Source of the DNA: Camelus ferus
Lineage: Eukaryota
NCBI RefSeq assembly: GCF_009834535.1
Contig: NC_045697.1
Coordinates: forward strand, 84,012,001-84,076,000
Reading direction: 5' to 3'
DNA length: 64,000 bases
Below, one piece after another: positions 37,150-49,632 of the stretch. Position 1 is the first letter of the stretch, and every line of letters begins with the position of its first letter. The position numbers and the translations under genes are program-made. Below the pieces are notes generated by a model, which saw only the letters and a program-made list of their open reading frames with translations, was not told the DNA's origin and did not search any database.

Positions 37150-37430
37150 AGAGTGGCTGTACAATGTGTTATTGTAAACTTTGACCCTGGAGCCAAACTG
37201 CCTGGGTTTAAATCTTTGCTCTGTCTCCTGATAAGTGGTAAAATGAGGCCTGTGCTAAGTGACTTATTCTCTCTGTACCTCAGTTTTCTCATTTGTAATG
37301 TGGGTGATAGTGGTAGTAGCTATTTTGTAGTGTTGTTTTGAGGATTAAATGTGTTTGTATACGAAAAGCTCTTAGAATAGAGTTTGAAACGCGGAAGCAT
37401 TATGTGGTAAAGGCTTGTTGGCATTATTAT
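37150..37430 (+). mobile_element. MIR SINE
   Basis: ctgcctgggtttaaatc...ctctctgtacctcagttttctcatttgtaatgtggg...gttttgaggattaaatg. Confidence 0.85.
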
Positions 37431-37705
37431 ACCCACTAGGCACGATGTGCTGCACATGCCTCAGATTTGGAAGTCCCAGACAAATTCATCATCTCATTTT
37501 CCCTAAACTTCCTTCCCTGGCTTGGCTGATGGAACTGTCATCCAGCAAGATTCTCCAAACTGGAAAAGTTTATATTCAATGAGTGTTTCATTTGACATAA
37601 ATCAGTCCTGAATTTCTGTCAAATTCATGTTATAAATATACTATAAATGTATCCCTTCCTTCCCATTCCCACATGAGTCACTGCCTCGTCATGCATTGTC
37701 AGAAC

Positions 37706-38015
37706 CAGTGCTGTTCAGTATGTTAAACACGTGAACTGTGGCTAGTTTGAATTGAGAGGCACTGTAAATATAAAATACACACCAGGTTGCAAAGATTTAG
37801 GATGAAAAGAGAATGTAAGTGATCTCATTAATGATTTTTTATATTGATTACATGTTGAAAAGAAATTTGGGAAATATTGGAATAAATACACTATCGAAAT
37901 TTGTTTCACTGTTTCTTTTTATGTTTTTAATGTGGCTACTGGAAAATTTAAAGTTACTCATGTGGCATGTGGTCTGCATTTGTGGTTCATCTTCTATTTC
38001 TATTTGCCAGTGCTG
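37706..38015. mobile_element. MER33 (hAT-Charlie non-autonomous)
   Basis: Begins and ends with cagtgctg. Internal tgtaaatataaaatacacaccagg...tatattgattacatgttgaaa...tttaatgtggctactggaaaatttaa. Degenerate 8-bp TSD gtcagaac / gtctggac. Confidence 0.88.
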
Positions 38016-38072
38016 GTCTGGACTTTTCCATATGCCTTCTTTCCCTATCTATCAATCAATCTCCCTACCTAT

Positions 38073-38409
38073 TGTTAAAAGGTAAACTGAGGCATATTGA
38101 AACTTTTACGAGTTTACTTGAACATGTATAGATTCCAGTTGGGCAGTGCCAAACCAGAAGTGGTTAGGAGCATACCCTCCAACAGGAGCCAGGGGAAGGA
38201 CAAACAGAGAAGGTGCAGAAGCAAAGATAGGAAATTACTGATTGGCTATAACTTAAAAGCCTGGTTGGCTGTTTGTGATTGCTTGTCCTTAGTGTTTTGA
38301 TGTTGTAAATTTGAGGCATTACAGGCTTAGGTTTTGGTTTGATTATGTAGGTGGCCACAGCATCAGAGCCACCTCAGTTTAATGGCCTCCTTGTGTAATT
38401 AATTTAACA
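38073..38409 (-). mobile_element. ERV1-class solo LTR (337 bp), subfamily unassigned
   Basis: Inverted termini tgttaa...ttaaca, perfect 4-bp TSD ctat (38069-38072 / 38410-38413), and a CCAAT box on the minus strand (tgattggc). Confidence 0.85.
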
Positions 38410-39061
38410 CTATCTATCTGTTCCTCTGTTTATCTATCTAATGTTCCTATTTTCTGTCTCACCTCTTTCCATCTAAAGACATCTTTACAAATCTGACCCA
38501 GTCTTTTTTGCTAGCTTCAGTCATCTGCAGTGGAAAGTCCAAACTCTATCTGGGGCATACATGAATCTTTCCTCTCTCCCTGCCCACCCAGTCTCAGATC
38601 TCGGTCTCGTGTGACCTTCTCCCTTGCACGTCACACTCCTGCGATACTGAGCTGTGTTTTGGTTCCCAGGTCATTTCACACTTTTCTGCCTTTGCACATG
38701 TTTTCCCTTTTGTTTTGAATACTCTTTCCCTTTCTAGTCTTCTGAAGTTTTATTTCTTCTCCACAATCCAATTCAGACATCACCTCCTCCAGGAGCCTTC
38801 CCAGCATGGCTCATCTCTCCCTCTTTTGCAATACTTCAGTACTTTATACACACTTTTATTATTGCTTTTTACACGTATAACTTGTTTTTCTGTCTGTCAT
38901 CCCTACTAGCGAGCGTATAGATAATATATGATTGTATCTTATTCATTTCTATATTGACACTAAAAAACAATTGAATAAACAAAATAAAATAATACCTGCC
39001 CTCAAGGAGATACACTTTCTTACAGTAAAAGTAAACATAATACCAGGCATAAAATATGCTC

Positions 39062-39080
39062 AGAGAGAGAGAGAGAGAGA
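39062..39080 (+). repeat. (AG)n microsatellite
   Basis: agagagagagagagagaga. Confidence 0.85.
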
Positions 39081-39381
39081 TCTATGAATGTCTATCTGTG
39101 GTCAGAGAAGTCAATCAATTCTGGTTGAAATCTGAAAGAAGATATAACGAGGGAGGGGAAGTTTGACTGACTGGCTGACAAAAGGTCTCTTGAAGGTGGC
39201 CTGATCTGTGTAAATTTCACATAGTTCAGGGCCTGACTCTCAATTATCCAGATTCTGAAACAATCTTGTCATTGTTCAAGCAGCAACCTGATCTGGGGAT
39301 ACTAACTCATGCTCCTAAAGACCAAGACTAAGGGTAAGCTGGAATTCTGATTTCTTCCTTTAGAGAGAGGTCAGAAACACA

Positions 39382-39536
39382 GGGTATAGCTTAGTGGTAG
39401 AGTGCATGCTTAGCATGCACGAGGTCCTGGGTTCAATCCCCAGTACCTTCATTTAAACAAACAAACAAACAAACAAACAAACAAACAAACAAACCTAATT
39501 ACCTACCCCTCTCCCCCCCAAAAAACTAACAAACAA
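39382..39536 (+). mobile_element. tRNA-Ala-derived camelid SINE (Vic-1 type) with (AAAC)n tail
   Basis: gggtatagcttagtggtagagtgcatgcttagcatgcacgaggtcctgggttcaatccccagtacc, with Pol III A box and B box and an AGC anticodon-like loop. Followed by (aaac)n and cctaattacc...; flanking aaacaca on both sides. Confidence 0.88.
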
Positions 39537-40689
39537 AAACACATTGACAAGAAAACTGAGTATTTTCATCTTCTAGCCAGTGCTGTATCTTCCCTTAAAA
39601 ACCACATTGTTATGAAAAGCTGGCTTTGTGTGTGGAATCAGAACAAAGAGGGTGAATTCAAAGATTCAACTGTGGGCGCCTGCAGCACTCACCTCCACAG
39701 TCGGATGCACCTGTTACTGTGCGATCAAGCCCTTCATCTGGATACCTTCTCCCCTGGGCAGTGCTTTTATGGGCACTGTCTGCCTCCTACCCTTTTCTAA
39801 TTTCTATTTCCGGACAACTGCTTCAGAAAGACACATTCTTTCCTTAGATATTAATACCTTCCATTAGACTGCTCTGGTCTGTTTTTAGCCCATTTATCTA
39901 AAGTAACTTTGAAAATTCCTGTTTTTATCTGCTGCTGTTGATCTTAGAATTCACTTTCAGAGGCAGCCCCCTTTCCCTTATTCCCAAGATCTTAGATGTC
40001 CAGATTCCTGCTACAATGCATTTTGCCTCAGAGGAAGGGGGAAGGAATTTAGGAAGAAGAGGAATGCTTCCTGGAGGAGACAGTATCAGGATTCTGAGGA
40101 GGATGGGGGTAGGGGTACTGGCATGGACTTATAAAAGCACACAGTTCTGCCTTTTAGATTTGGGAGTCATCTAGCACTTGGTCAACTGCCCATGCTTGCT
40201 GAACACATTTTTCTGAAAGTATATATCAGCTAATTGGGGGAAATTACAAGGCCCTGAACATGGCCCTAAATATATATGGATTTTTAATACCAACACCTCT
40301 CTGGCTGGGTCATAGTCTAAACTTTGCTGCCTTTGTGCTGTTCAAAAGTATGCATTTAGCAGGGTGCTCACAGACGAAGCATTCACTATTTGTATTGTTA
40401 TGACTGGTAAGTAGTGAAGGATATTTTAAAGGCATATTTTCTTTTTGGTGAACCAACAGAAAAGAATTATTTGATCTTGTATATTTATTTATTATCCTTT
40501 CTGGTTGGAGATGAGAAAATTTTTCAAGAAAACTTATAGAAATTCAAATTTTTGCTTCTTAGCAGCTGGAGGACTTAAACAAAAGTTTAAACAAACAAGC
40601 TTATATGTCTGTGAATTGCTATCTTGTTTTAAATGTCTTAATGTTTTAGTGCCTGCTTAAAAGTTACATCTTATAGAGGATGTAAAGGA

Positions 40690-40835
40690 ACTTGGGAATT
40701 GGAGATAAGATCCTGAAGGTCTGCATTAGTCCCAGCTTTGTCACTACCTGTGCAACCTTGACCAGGGATCTTAACCTCTCTGATCTCAGTTATTATCTGC
40801 GTAAAAAATAGAGGATGGGCTGTGTTAAATTCCTT
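40690..40835 (+). mobile_element. MIR/MIR3 SINE
   Basis: tagtcccagctttgtcactacctgtgcaaccttg...cttaacctctctgatctcagtt. Confidence 0.7.
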
Positions 40836-40994
40836 CAATCTCTCACAACTCAGGGAGTCTGTTAAGTATTATTTCAGTAAATGGGTAAAAGCCTGAGATT
40901 TTAACTTTTTCTTCTCTCCTTTTCTCCCTCCCTCTTTATTTCCTTCTTTTTTTTTTTTCCCTTCTAATTTGTAACATAGTGTGAAGAGGACAGA

Positions 40995-41195
40995 TTCTGG
41001 TTGAAATGTAGGTTCAGTGAAATAAATGCAGGCCAGTTTCTGACAGTGTGATCCTGGGCAAGCCACTTATCATCTCAGAGACTTACTTTCTTCTTCTGCA
41101 AAATGGACTTAATAGTCCTTGACTCTTCTGGTTGTTGTGAGGGTTAGGCATAATGTATGTATGGCAAATGGTCTAACTATGGTTATTGTTGTTAC
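40995..41195 (+). mobile_element. MIR SINE
   Basis: tgtgatcctgggcaagccactta...ctgcaaaatgg...ggttgttgtgagggtta. Confidence 0.7.
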
Positions 41196-43227
41196 TAATT
41201 TACCACATCAGATAGTAAGGAAATTAAACAAGGTTCCTGTTTTCATGAAGATACAACTTAGGAGTGGAGATCATGTGTTTTCTAATAATTAAAATAAAAG
41301 TTATAAATGCCAGAAGAGAATTCAAAGTCATTTTTCATGAGTTCATAGACTGCAGACACTCCTGCCTGGAAGGTAAAGTGGAATAATCAGGCAAAGGGCT
41401 TCATGAAGGAGGAGCAGCCATTTTGTCTGGGTTCTGAAGGGAAAATCAGATTTGAAGACAGGATGGATGTTCTGGGAAACCCAGGGTAGAGTCTAAACAC
41501 AGAGAAGAATTTTCTTCTAATCTACTACTATCTTCAAGCTTCTGCACTGCCTGGTATTTTAAGAGGTTTTGAAGTAGAGATGTTAAATGCCACCGTGTTC
41601 TGGCCCAAGAAGTTATATTTCCTCTGAAAGATCTGGTAAGGGAAAAGTTAAAGAGGTTTGGAACATGGCCCGTTAACGGAAAGGAGTGCCAGAATCTGGG
41701 TCCACCTGCAGGAAAAGCCAGGCTCCTTTAATAAGCAAATGTAAGAGCACTGGCTGCAGTGTGGCAAGAGCCACCCCATTATCACTCCATCAATCTTTCC
41801 TTCCAGGTAGCAAGGTTTGGTGACTTAATGAGGTGATAAGAAGCAAGAAACTGACACATACAGAGGCCAGTCTGGAAGTAGGGGATGTCAGAGGTCATCC
41901 TCATTTCAATCTTTCTTTGCTTTTAATGTCAGAGACCTTGCTCATAGGTGAGAGCCCTAGAGTTCGGGTTAATATGGGTTATCTCCACTCTCCTTTTGGC
42001 ATACCTAAGAAAAGGAAGACTTCTTGATGACTGCCATATAAAATAGGAGACTGCAGAAGACATACACACACACACACAGGTAATGCAAGCCCCAGGGATC
42101 GCCACCCTGGATTAATAAAATAGCACAAGCTCATAGTTGCTCACATTACACAAGGTTCCCTTCTAGGCTGTGCGGCGTGGTGCTGAAATGCTGCTTAAAA
42201 ATTTGTGCTGCTGCCTTCATACCATGGCCATATTTTGGAGCCTATGACCTCATCACTGTCCGAGTTGCCAGGGCTGGATTCCAGGAGAAAGGGGAGGGGA
42301 GAAAGGAGGAGGACCGGAGGGAGAGGAAGCAAAGATCAGCAAGTTGAACTAATTAAAACATTTCATTCCACCTTTAGAATTCAATTATATCATTTGCATG
42401 GAAGGTCTGTGTCTTCTTGTTCTTTCTCCCTTTTCCCCTCCCTCCCTCCCTTCCTTCTCTCTCAACTGCTGTGGAGACATAAATCTAGAAAATCTCTAAA
42501 CAACAAAACTCTGAAGTCATTCACTGGGGCACAAGTCTGTTAGGCCTAGGGTTTGAAATGAGTGGAGTGAAGTGAATTTTATGTGAGCTCCCCATTGTAG
42601 AATTTTTATTCCACAGTGGTTTTCTTTGTACCCTTACACTTTACTCTCAGTAGGTCAAAAGTCACTCCCATTTCATACCCACCATTTGTTTGTCCTTGAC
42701 TTTGTGCCCCATAGGGGATGTCATTAACATGTATCTAATGTGATGTGTGCCCCTTGAAATTGTGCACCCTCCTGGCCCTTCCATGTACAGTTAAAGGAAG
42801 AATGGATCAATTGGCCAGGAATGAAAAAAAAAAAAAAAAAACGGAAAAGAGAAAGATAAATTGCTTCTTCACCTCAAAATCTTAGATGGAATACAGTCTT
42901 TTATATATAAAGCACAAGCACATGTTTATATTCATAAATACTCATGTTTTGATACTGGTTGGTAGATTAGGGACAGATACTGAAATAAAAACAGCTCTTA
43001 AATATTTTCCTTAACTAGAAACTCATTGTTCACTGAAGAATTAGTTAAGTGGTTAATCTTACATGGCCATAAATCCCATAGATTATTTAATAGTCTACAG
43101 TAGAATGCTGAGTAAATCAAGACAACCTTTATTTACACAAAGTTTAGAGTCACAAGTTACTTGAATCCAGTATACCTGGGAACCAGAGTATTAAAAATAC
43201 AGAAATGTGGGGGGAAAAGCCATAAAG

Positions 43228-45430
43228 CTTTTTTAAATTTAATTTTTAATCTTTATCAAAATTACATGTATCTAGTTTAAAGAGTCAAATATTACTAAAA
43301 GGCTTGTGATAAAAACCATCAAATCTGGATTTCCCAAAGGGAACATTTTAACCTTTGGCTGTTTTCCTTCTTATTTCTAAGATACACTTACTGTTCTATT
43401 TCTTTCTTTAATTGTTCAATTGTAAACATCCTTTTGCTTACCACTATGGAAAATGAAGATCATAGCTTCGTCACCCCTCCCTACTCCTTGCTCACATATT
43501 TCCCGTTTGTCCCTCCTCCATCTGCCCAATAGAATTGTGTCATATTTTGATTGAATCAATAGTCAGTGCTTAGATTATGAACCTAAGCATATAGTATGCT
43601 ATGAGTACTTTTTCATTTCTTTTACCATTTTTTTCACCTTAGAATTAACAGTCATCTTTTCTTTTTAGTTTTCTAAGTATTTGTCATTAACTTAACCCCA
43701 AACTCTCTCCATCTGTATAAACAATCCTCCTGATATTTTAAAACATATTAGGAACTCTACGAGTATCGTCTGTTTTGAAGACATCTTTCCTAGAGTCTTC
43801 TGACCTGTTCTAATTTGGACTGGTAGCTGTCTTTGCCAGGGACACACCTAGTTCCTGGAATCTTCCTTCTTAATCATCCTAGAGATTACCTTTCCTCTCT
43901 CTTGAGTTGATCCCCTGTTTCCTAGATCCCATGTCTCCCTTTTTCTTGTATTTCTTCCTCATTTTCATAGCACTCATCCTCTAGTTGCTTCCTAAGAAAG
44001 GGTGATGAAAGCTAAGTTTTTTGAGATCTGGCATTTGACAGTATCTTTATTCTAGCCTCAAACTTCATTGATAATTTATCTAGGTAGAACATTCTAGGCT
44101 GGAAATATTTTCTCAGAATTGTAAAGGTATTAGTTTGTATTTTAGTTTCCAGTGTTGTTGTGAAGTCCAAAGCCATTCTGATTTCTTGATCCCTTGTATG
44201 TAACTTTTTCTCTTGAAAACTTACAAGTCTTTTTGTGAAATTTCATGATGATGTGTCTTGGTTTGGGTGTATTTTCTACCTGTTGTATGGATCTTTTTAG
44301 TTTAGAAAAATTGTCCATCAATTATGGAAAACTTCTTGAATTACTTATTTGATGAATTGAGATAAAACTTATCTCATTCTCTTGTTTTCTGATTCTGAAA
44401 TTCTATTATTTATACATTGGACCATCAGTATGCATTGCCTAACTTTCTTAGCTTTTCCCCTCTGTTTTCATCTCTTTGTCTTGCTATTTATTTATTTATT
44501 CATTTATTTATTTATTGTGGTACTGGGAATTGAACCCAGGACCCCAGGCGTACTAAGCATGTGCTCTACTACTGAGCTGTTTCCCTCCCGCTGTCTTGCT
44601 ATTTAAACCTGGTAGGTTCTAAGACACTCTAGACAACTTCTTCAACATTATTTTACAAATTCTCTACTGAGCTATTTGTTTCTGCTGAGTTATTTTTAAT
44701 TGCCAAGAGTCTACCATTGTTTTCTATATCATCCCATTCTGTTTCATGAATTTCGTATCACTCTGGAGATATTAGTGATAGATTATTTGATTTTGTCCTC
44801 TCCTGGCATAGTTTGCATGTTTGCTTTTTGCTTGTTTTGGTCTTTATTATAATATATATTTATTTATATATATATAAAATACATAATAGAGGCTTTCCTT
44901 TAGAAGACCAATTTCTGGCTATTGGCTCATTGTAGGTGAGTAGGTGGGGCCATTTTTTGGTAAAACCCTAATACCTAATTAACTATCTAATCAGAATCGC
45001 ATAATCTCCTTCCAGAAGGGTATAAAGTCCAGCTGCCAGAGTTCTGGGAGCCCAGGCAGGAGCGTGGCTGGGGGTGGGGTCTGTCTTAAGATCTAGTAGT
45101 TAATCCCTCACTTAAGTAAAAGTGAATGGTAAACCCTATGGTACAGCCACCCTCAAATGTGCTGGTGTCCTATAGGGTGACTAAAGGACATTTGCTTGGC
45201 TGTGGGGAATAGGAAATGGTATTGGGAGGTTCTCATGTCTTTTTTTCCCCCTCTAATGTCTTCTTAAATAGCTTTCAATGAGTCTTCCTGTTTTCTTCCC
45301 TACCCTCATCCTTGGTTCAAGAAGGAACTGTTCCCACAAATTCCTGAGTCATTAGGGAATTCTACAGAACAAATTATGTTGCTTCTTGGCTTTCTCAATT
45401 CCTGACTTTTAGTGTTCTCAGTCACTAAGT
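43228..45430 (-). mobile_element. Ancient L1-derived element (HAL1/L1M-like), antisense
   Basis: Long T-rich block with an A-tail remnant at the left end (ttttttaaatttaatttttaatctttat...agtttaaagagtcaaat) and antisense ORF1-like phrases (atctttattctagcctcaaacttcattgataatttatctaggtagaacattctaggctggaaat, aagccattctgatt). Confidence 0.6.
44491..44591 (-). mobile_element. tRNA-derived camelid SINE (Vic-1 type) nested in the old L1/HAL1
   Basis: (ttta)n tail then ggtactgggaattgaacccaggacc...ctaagcatgtgctctactactgagct. Perfect 14-bp TSD tgtcttgctattta at 44477-44490 and 44592-44605. Confidence 0.9.
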
Positions 45431-47658
45431 CTAAGTCTGCCTGTTTGTAGAACTATTAAAAATCACTTTTCTTCAGAACAAAGCAAGTTTTAAAATAGAA
45501 AATAGCTACCTTTGGAAAACAATATGTGCAAATAGCATTGCTGAGAACAATTGTTTGAAATAACACTAACACAAAGTTAGTCTAAGAACACATATCCAGT
45601 TGGAACATCTAGCAACCATAGTATATTCCACAAAGATAATAAATTGTTTGATAACAAACAAACAAACAAACAAAAATAACGACCTGGCTCACTCTGTCTG
45701 TGGAGGGAAAGGGTGTCTGTGCTTTTGGCCAGATGCCCTGGGGCTCTAGAAAGGCAAAGGTGTCAGCTTCTTTAGCAAGAGGAGGCTCTGAGCTGAGGGT
45801 AAGGGGAAGCAGCACAGCAACTCCCTCAAGCCACACTCACCCTGACACTGTCAGTGGTAAAGAATTCAAAACTTAAAGTTAAGACTGAACATGAAGGTGT
45901 GACAGTTGACAGCCTAACCATTTGCCTTTTCAAATATGTTACATTATATGAAGACAAAAAAAGATTCTGATGAAGTTGCTCAAGATGGAATCAGAGTGTT
46001 CATCAAAAAGAAAGCACAACATTCTTAGGAGCAGACTAAGGTCCTTTAACTAGAATACAAATGATCCACCAAATTTGTGTTTTATTACCCAAATATCACA
46101 AAAACTTCTGTCTCTGAAGAAAGCTTTAATATCTGAAATTCCAGGACTACTTCTTTGGCTCTAAGCTCTAGGAATGTTCATGGAAGCCTTGGGGTTAACT
46201 GAAAGAAATCATGTGACTGCCAAATTCTTAGGCAGTCTTACAAGGAAAATAAAAGAATGCATACTGGGAAAAAATATGACAGCTTCACAATTTGAGGTAC
46301 TTATTCCATCAAAAAATGTCAATATTAAAGGAGAAATTAATAAATTGAGACCTAGTGAGCATCACTAGTATCTGTATATAAAATAAAGAATTGAATTTTA
46401 GGTAATCCCCCAAAACATGATTGCTGTTAATTTGTAATTTTCTTTATAATCCTTGTAATATTTTATTTTTATAACAGATACATCTGGTAGCAACTGCTCT
46501 GTTATGTTAATAGCTTTCCCGTTTAGCTGTGAGAGCTAGAGTAATCTGCTGTAGGCAGCATATTGCAACACACACTGTCTCCCTAATTACTATTTGTCTT
46601 TCAATCTACATTTATTATCAACCAAGCTTTTCTCTATTGTATGCTTATAACAATTTTTGTGGCCACCTGGATTATTTCATGTTTCTTTTGATCCCCTAGT
46701 GTCTTGCCATGTTGCTTCACTATTTTACTGGGTTTTTAAAAATATTTCATCTGTGGGCTTCTAAGGGTAATGGACATTACATTAGGAAATGCATTTGGCT
46801 TTTTGTACCACATAGGAAGATGGTGTATTGTCGGTCCCCTTCTAGATATTTCTCTCTACACACACACACACACACGAAAGGAGATAAGGAGAAGCCAGAA
46901 AACTCCTAAAACAAACCAAAAACCCAAAAGTATATGAGAAGGCACACTTCTATTTTACTAGTAACATTTTTAAAAATGGAGGGTATAGGGAGAAAAGTCA
47001 TAATAAAATATTAAAAAAACAGAAAGTAATACCATTTTTACCAAGAGCTTGGTTTTAAATTATTGAACAATAGAGACTGAATAAAGTGCTTAGGTTTGTA
47101 TCTAAAGCCTTATTACGGCATAAGCCAAAATCTAGATTTCATAATGTTCCGTTTATCATTTTATTAGCAAACAGTTGCACTACTCAGAACCAAATCCGTA
47201 ATTCAGTTTGGATTTTGTAAAGCACAGCACAATACTGTACTGATCACCAGCATCAGGCTACCCATGGCCTGGATCTTCTTCGTGCTTCTATCTTAGCTCT
47301 TAATGCAGGAGTGTCAGTTCATATTTCCTCCAGTCATAGCTTCCTATTTTAATCTGGATTTCAATTATTTAACACTGATTTTGGGGTACAGACAGAACAT
47401 CTAGCTTACGTACTTTTAAGCTGATGCTATATATAGATGATGCTAACAACATCATCTCAGACTTTTGCTGTGCGTATTTTGTTTCAAGGAATATCAACTT
47501 GTCAAGTGTAAGTGTGTTAAAAAAGGAATCTGTGGGAATGGATCTTAGATGTAGACTCAAGCACAAGAAACTTCTTTCCACACTCTTATTAATGACAAGT
47601 AGATTTAGTCCATCAACTATAATTGTAGCCCATGGAGAATTTGTAGGAGATATCATTA

Positions 47659-47755
47659 TGAGAGAGAGAGAGAAGGAGGAAGAGTGAGAGGAGGAAGGAA
47701 GAGGGGGAAGAGAATGGAGGAAAGGGAAAGAAAGAGGGGAGAGGAAGGAGAGACA
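47659..47755 (+). repeat. Polypurine (GA/GGA-rich) low-complexity tract
   Basis: agagagagagagaaggaggaagagtgagaggaggaaggaagagggggaag... Confidence 0.8.
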
Positions 47756-49164
47756 AATAAATGAAACTCAGAAATGGGAGACTAAATTTTGCAGCAGACA
47801 ATGCAACAGCTTTCCACTTCTTGAGCTCTATTTAAGAACTCTGCCATAAACATCTCCATATTTTTTCAGAGTTCAGCACCTTGCACATACTACATGCTTA
47901 ATACATAATTTGTTGTTGGATTAGGTCAGTCATCATGGGTTTAGTGCCTCTCTCACTCTGGGTCCTGGTGATTCTCTGTTTATCAGGGCATGCCATATAA
48001 CCAACCTTTTAAGGTGGAGGTTCACTTGCCAAGTTCTTCCTGGTCTCGGGGCAAGTCTGGGGAAGGCAAGCCCAGAACAAGACCTGCTCCTGGAGACACT
48101 TGGTGAATGGCTGAATGACTTCAAAACTAAGGCTTTTTATTTCTCTCTGAAGCAAATCCAAATGAAAGCAAGTCTTAGCAAATACAAATGTGATCAAACA
48201 GTAACAGAGATGTTGTGCTGAACCATTTCTTTGGAAAAAATTGGTGATTTTGTATTTTCATTCAAATCCAAATTGTTTAATGGGAAGAGGAGGAGATTCA
48301 ATATTGCTTACATTTTCTTTTACAAACAATTTGTAAAATCAGTAAAGTCCTCATCTCAAGAAATTAATGTTTTTTTCCCCTTTAAAAGCATAATTTATAC
48401 AGGCTGTTGTGTAGTTTGCTTGAGTTACACCAAATGTTTTTATACTGAACTTTAACCCATTAAAATACTTTAATATATTTATCTGCCATTTGACTATTCT
48501 ATTTCCTTCAAATAGTAGAAGATGCCATATTATGCTCAACTAATTTAATTAATGTGGAGATAATTTTTCCTATAAAACAAGACTTGGTAATTCCATTTCT
48601 TTGCTTCAGGCTTATGTAATAATAGAGGGGAAATGGAAATTTCATCATATTTGATTTCAAATGAAAATCAAGAACAATTGGAAATCCCTTGTCTTCATCA
48701 TGTTAAAATTTATGACCAGTTAGGGAATAAAAATTATCGCTAAAGTAAATCAAAATTTGAATGTGTTGTTATATTTGCATTGTACATTTAGCACAAATAT
48801 TGTCAAATGGTACTTGAAGTTTTTATATGGCTGGAAGCTACACAAAATATTTTTGAAGAGTTAGTTATTTGCCTGCTTGGGGATAAAATCTGGGTTATAA
48901 TTTTTCCCCATAAGCAGGTGTTAGCAGCACTTTAGCTTGCATTATGTTCACCACTTCTAATCCAGGAAGTCTTGGCTTTGGAACATCTTTGTTTTCAGAA
49001 CCACAAAAATTATATAGTTAAAATAAAAGGACATGAAAAAAATTAAAATAATTATCATAAACTCATCTTCCAGTCTTCCTAAAAAGTATGGTTATTTGAA
49101 GCTCTAAAGAATTAATAATATGGTTGCTTGGAAGAAAGTCACTCAGTAAAGATCTGCCTTCTTA

Positions 49165-49200
49165 TCACACACACACAGACACACAGACACACACACACAG
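49165..49200 (+). repeat. Interrupted (CA)n microsatellite
   Basis: cacacacacacagacacacagacacacacacacag. Confidence 0.85.
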
Positions 49201-49251
49201 AGAAATGGTTGGCCCCCAACATATTTCCTTAAAGTAATCTATAGAAAATAA

Positions 49252-49632
49252 TGCCAGGTTGTGTCAAAGAACAGGTCTCAGGGTCCCATGGGGAGTTCGT
49301 TAAAAATGCAGATACACATGTCCCAGCCCCTAAGATTTGTTTTTTTGTGGAAGAAAGGGGAGTAGAAACTGGGTTTCTGCATTTTGGAAGTCCTCTCCAG
49401 AGAGTCTTAAAACCTTCCCAAAGGTTACAAACCACCATCCTATGAGGTCATCACTGCATGATGAGCCTTTAGTACAGTTCAGCCTTGAACCCTAATGTGT
49501 ATATGAATTCCCAGGGGACCTCAAAATGCAGGTGCTGGTTCATCTGGTTCAGGGCTGGGATTCTGTGGTTCTAACAAGTCCCCATGTGGTTCCAATGCTG
49601 TGTATCTGTGACCCTCACTTTGAAGAGCAAAG
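49252..49632. mobile_element. Two adjacent MER5-family hAT MITEs (~49252-49437 and ~49475-49632)
   Basis: ggggagttcgttaaaaatgcagat...tctgcatttt; and aaaatgcaggtgctggttca...ttctaacaagtcccc...ccctcactttgaagagcaa. Confidence 0.65.

Larger units (their letters stand above)
37480..38990 (+). mobile_element. L2 3' portion split by MER33 and an ERV1-type LTR
   Basis: L2 phrases before 37700 and after 38420 (ctgcctttgcacatgttttccc, catcacctcctccaggagccttccc, ttgaataaac). Confidence 0.65.

Noticed and set aside
39382..39452. tRNA-Ala(AGC)-like gene
   Set aside because: The acceptor stem is not intact, and the sequence is followed by an (AAAC)n tail and a SINE-specific 3' segment with flanking direct repeats; it is a tRNA-derived SINE.
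45365..45610. Cluster of AGAACA steroid-receptor half sites
   Set aside because: No correctly spaced AGAACAnnnTGTTCT palindrome, and the A-rich context inflates such hits.
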